From NCBI GenBank assembly GCA_002633005.1, contig NMRA01000101.1, positions 620,001-684,000 of the forward strand: 64,000 nucleotides of DNA. The letters are read 5' to 3'. A program made the translations under genes and the position numbers. The notes under the pieces were generated by a model. The model was not told the origin of the DNA. It saw only the letters and a program-made list of their open reading frames with translations, and ran no database searches. Shown in pieces: positions 61,900 through 64,000 of this stretch. The stretch's first letter is position 1; each line of letters opens with the position of its first letter. This DNA comes from Phoronis australis. Lineage: Eukaryota > Animalia > Phoronida.

Positions 61900-62800
61900 G
61901 CTCCAGGTTTCCTGTTAATTTGTCATGGAACTGGGGGGTGGGAATGACTGGTGATAAGCCATCGCTTCATCGACGTCGGGTTGGCGCCAGAGGCCACGCA
62001 TGACGGTGGGAAACATTTTTATCTTTGCCAGTCAGTCGCCCCCCGCCGAAGTCTGGCAGCCCCAAGCCAATAGGGAACTGACCCCTCGCAGTTCATTTGT
62101 GTCTGGGTACATGGGGCTTAGGAGCTTTAATCTCCCACAAGTGGATTGTTACTCTTCGCCAAAGCGGGTTCTGGCCATCGCAACTGTGTGAGCGCTGCCG
62201 GACAGGGCGAACATCCCCTGGGAATAAACTGTAGAGATAATTAATGTTATGGGTTCTAGGTGGGAATGATGCCTTGATAGTGGTCACTGACTGCTCCTTC
62301 TGTTAGGATACCTGATCCGCCAGAATGATCTGAGACTTGCAGAAGGATGTGGCTGACATGACGTCTACACGAGCAGCACACGTATGGAGTTCGGGGCAGT
62401 ACAATAAGCTCTCGTGCGCCTCTCTGAGCTGCGCCATGATACGACAACCATCATCTTCGCCACCGACTCGATGGTGTGGTGACCAGGATCCGCTCTGGTC
62501 TGCTCCCATCCAACTGGCTCATCTTCCGGGAGCACTGCTCACTCCAACGTGTTTTTTTTTTACCTATGTCCCTGGTCATGCCGGCGTTGTTGCGAGTGAG
62601 CAAGCACAACAATTTGCCAGCAAAAGTCTGATGCCAGTGCCACTAAAGCTTCATGCGCCTGGCGTCATGCTGCTTGGTCCCCTTCTGCGACTAGAGGTTC
62701 CCTTCGGCCATTCAGCACCCAGCCACTAGAAAGGCCCTCTGAGAAAACTTCACAATCAACCCACTACGGGAAACATCACCCCTACGACCCTTCAACTCAT
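61900..62800 (+). pseudogene. Retrotransposon remnant with RNase H (I/Nimb/Ingi-type LINE?)
   Basis: FTYVPGHAGVVASEQAQQFASK matches the RNase H motif WxPGHxGxxGNExADxLAK; boundaries approximate. Confidence 0.55.
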
Positions 62801-62879
62801 CCTCTGTTGGTGTACCTATGGGGATAGGATTTGTGCTTAACATCTTTAATCTGTGAGCCCACTTGCAGAAGGCAATTCA

Positions 62880-63780
62880 GGCATATAAATACTTAAAGTA
62901 TGGTAACAAAATTGTTGGTAACTGAATTCAAGCATCTGTGACCATGATGTGAAGGGTTTGATGAAGATGAATAAGAGTGGGCCCAGAATACTACGTTAAG
63001 GCACCCCGGCGCTTAATAAACCCTGAGGGGTTTCACTAGATAACACACTAGCTACTCTGTCCCTAAAGGAACGACAAAAATAAGATCTGAACAAGCTGAG
63101 GAAAGATTCTGTAATTCCATAAGATTTTAGTTTGATTAATAGCAAGTAATGGGTTACAATGTTGAGTGTTGAGGCTAATTACCCCAAAAACGGACCTGGC
63201 GTTGCCACTTGGAAATTCAGGGTAAACACTGTGGATAACTTCAATTAATTTAGAAAGAGTGCTCTTCCCAGGCAGAAAACAGAACTGCAATGGATATAAT
63301 TATATTCTTCTGCACGTGATTGTACTCAGATGCGAAAACAAGTTTTTCGGACAATTTGGGTAGAGTACAAAGTGAAGTAACAGGCATGTAATTAGAAACC
63401 TGGTTGGTCTTTGTGACGGATAGTGAGTGTATATCCGCTTAAATATACACGTGTTTGTATAGCTTTCTCTTTTAACCCGATTAGCTATACTACATAGCTG
63501 TCCAACGTGCTTATAATTAGAACAGTGAGTCATGCTGGAAGTACACTTTTGAAAGTGATTGGAAAGTTTTTTGTTCATCCTCGATTGAATATAAGCTGTG
63601 TTGTTTGATCTTAAAGGAGTCTTATTTGGATGAGATATATCTAACACCGGTTGCAAAAATAACTGGTTGGTCTGTGTAATGTTTGCCGGCTGAAGTAAAT
63701 CTCTACCGAGGTAGTTTAACATTTTAATTGTTTCACAAAAACCAACACTATGGAAGACACCTGACCGTTTCAAAGTTAAT
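62880..63780 (-). pseudogene. CR1/L2-like LINE reverse transcriptase remnant
   Basis: LQFCFLPGKSTLSKL (QFGFxxGRST) and AGVP*RSILGPLLF (GVPQGSILGPLLF). Confidence 0.75.
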
Positions 63781-63805
63781 ATTGCATGCAGCTCTTAACT
63801 TTCAG

Positions 63806-63921
63806 AACAGGTAGTACAAAAAGCCGGTCTGCAGATCAAACCACCTGGCTCCGAAGAGGTGGCACCATGTCCCTGTGACCTGACCTATCGACATTGTGAC
63901 TACAGCTGTTGCTGTGATGAG
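63806..63921 (+). CDS. TCTN: Tectonic-family (ciliary transition zone) gene exon
   Basis: ACTTTCAG| (E)QVVQKAGLQIKPPGSEEVAPCPCDLTYRHCDYSCCCDE |GTAGGT; CxCDLTxxxCDxxCCCD is the hallmark start of the tectonic domain. Confidence 0.88.
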
Positions 63922-64000
63922 GTAGGTGAGCGCAGTGTTACAAATGCAAAAGAAAAATAAGATGAGATGAATGTCGTGTGTGTTGACAAGGTCGGCAAAG

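Noticed and set aside
1-64000. CRISPR arrays, rRNA genes, prokaryotic operons
   Set aside because: None seen; the sequence is intron-rich eukaryotic DNA.

Overview
Eukaryotic genomic DNA, apparently from a marine invertebrate, with one N gap (11300-11851). It is dominated by nested, decayed transposable elements lying in the very long introns of a + strand spliced host gene. That gene is probably a tectonic-family gene: a CPCDLT..CD..CCCD exon lies at 63806-63921 and phase-compatible upstream exons run from about 16.2 kb. The main object is a 15.1 kb Mutator/MULE-type DNA transposon (19363-34462) with ~65 bp TIRs and a 9 bp TSD. On the - strand it carries a spliced SGNH hydrolase, an unnamed YGEY..QIEAG domain, a Ulp1/C48-like protease, a WRKY/FAR1-like finger, a MULE DDE transposase, SWIM, an HMG-box-like region and a PHD finger. 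About 6 kb downstream lies a decayed sister cassette (about 40895-45461). It has the same SGNH gene with the same intron position, the same unnamed domain and the same Ulp1 protease, but with a Crypton-like tyrosine recombinase gene in the middle. Also present: several Kolobok (TTAA TSD, THAP/KolX) derivatives, ISL2EU-type (AT TSD) elements with apparent cargo genes, Harbinger/hAT-like MITEs, and BEL/Pao, RNase-H LINE and CR1-like remnants. All family assignments come from motif recognition by eye; no database searches were run.
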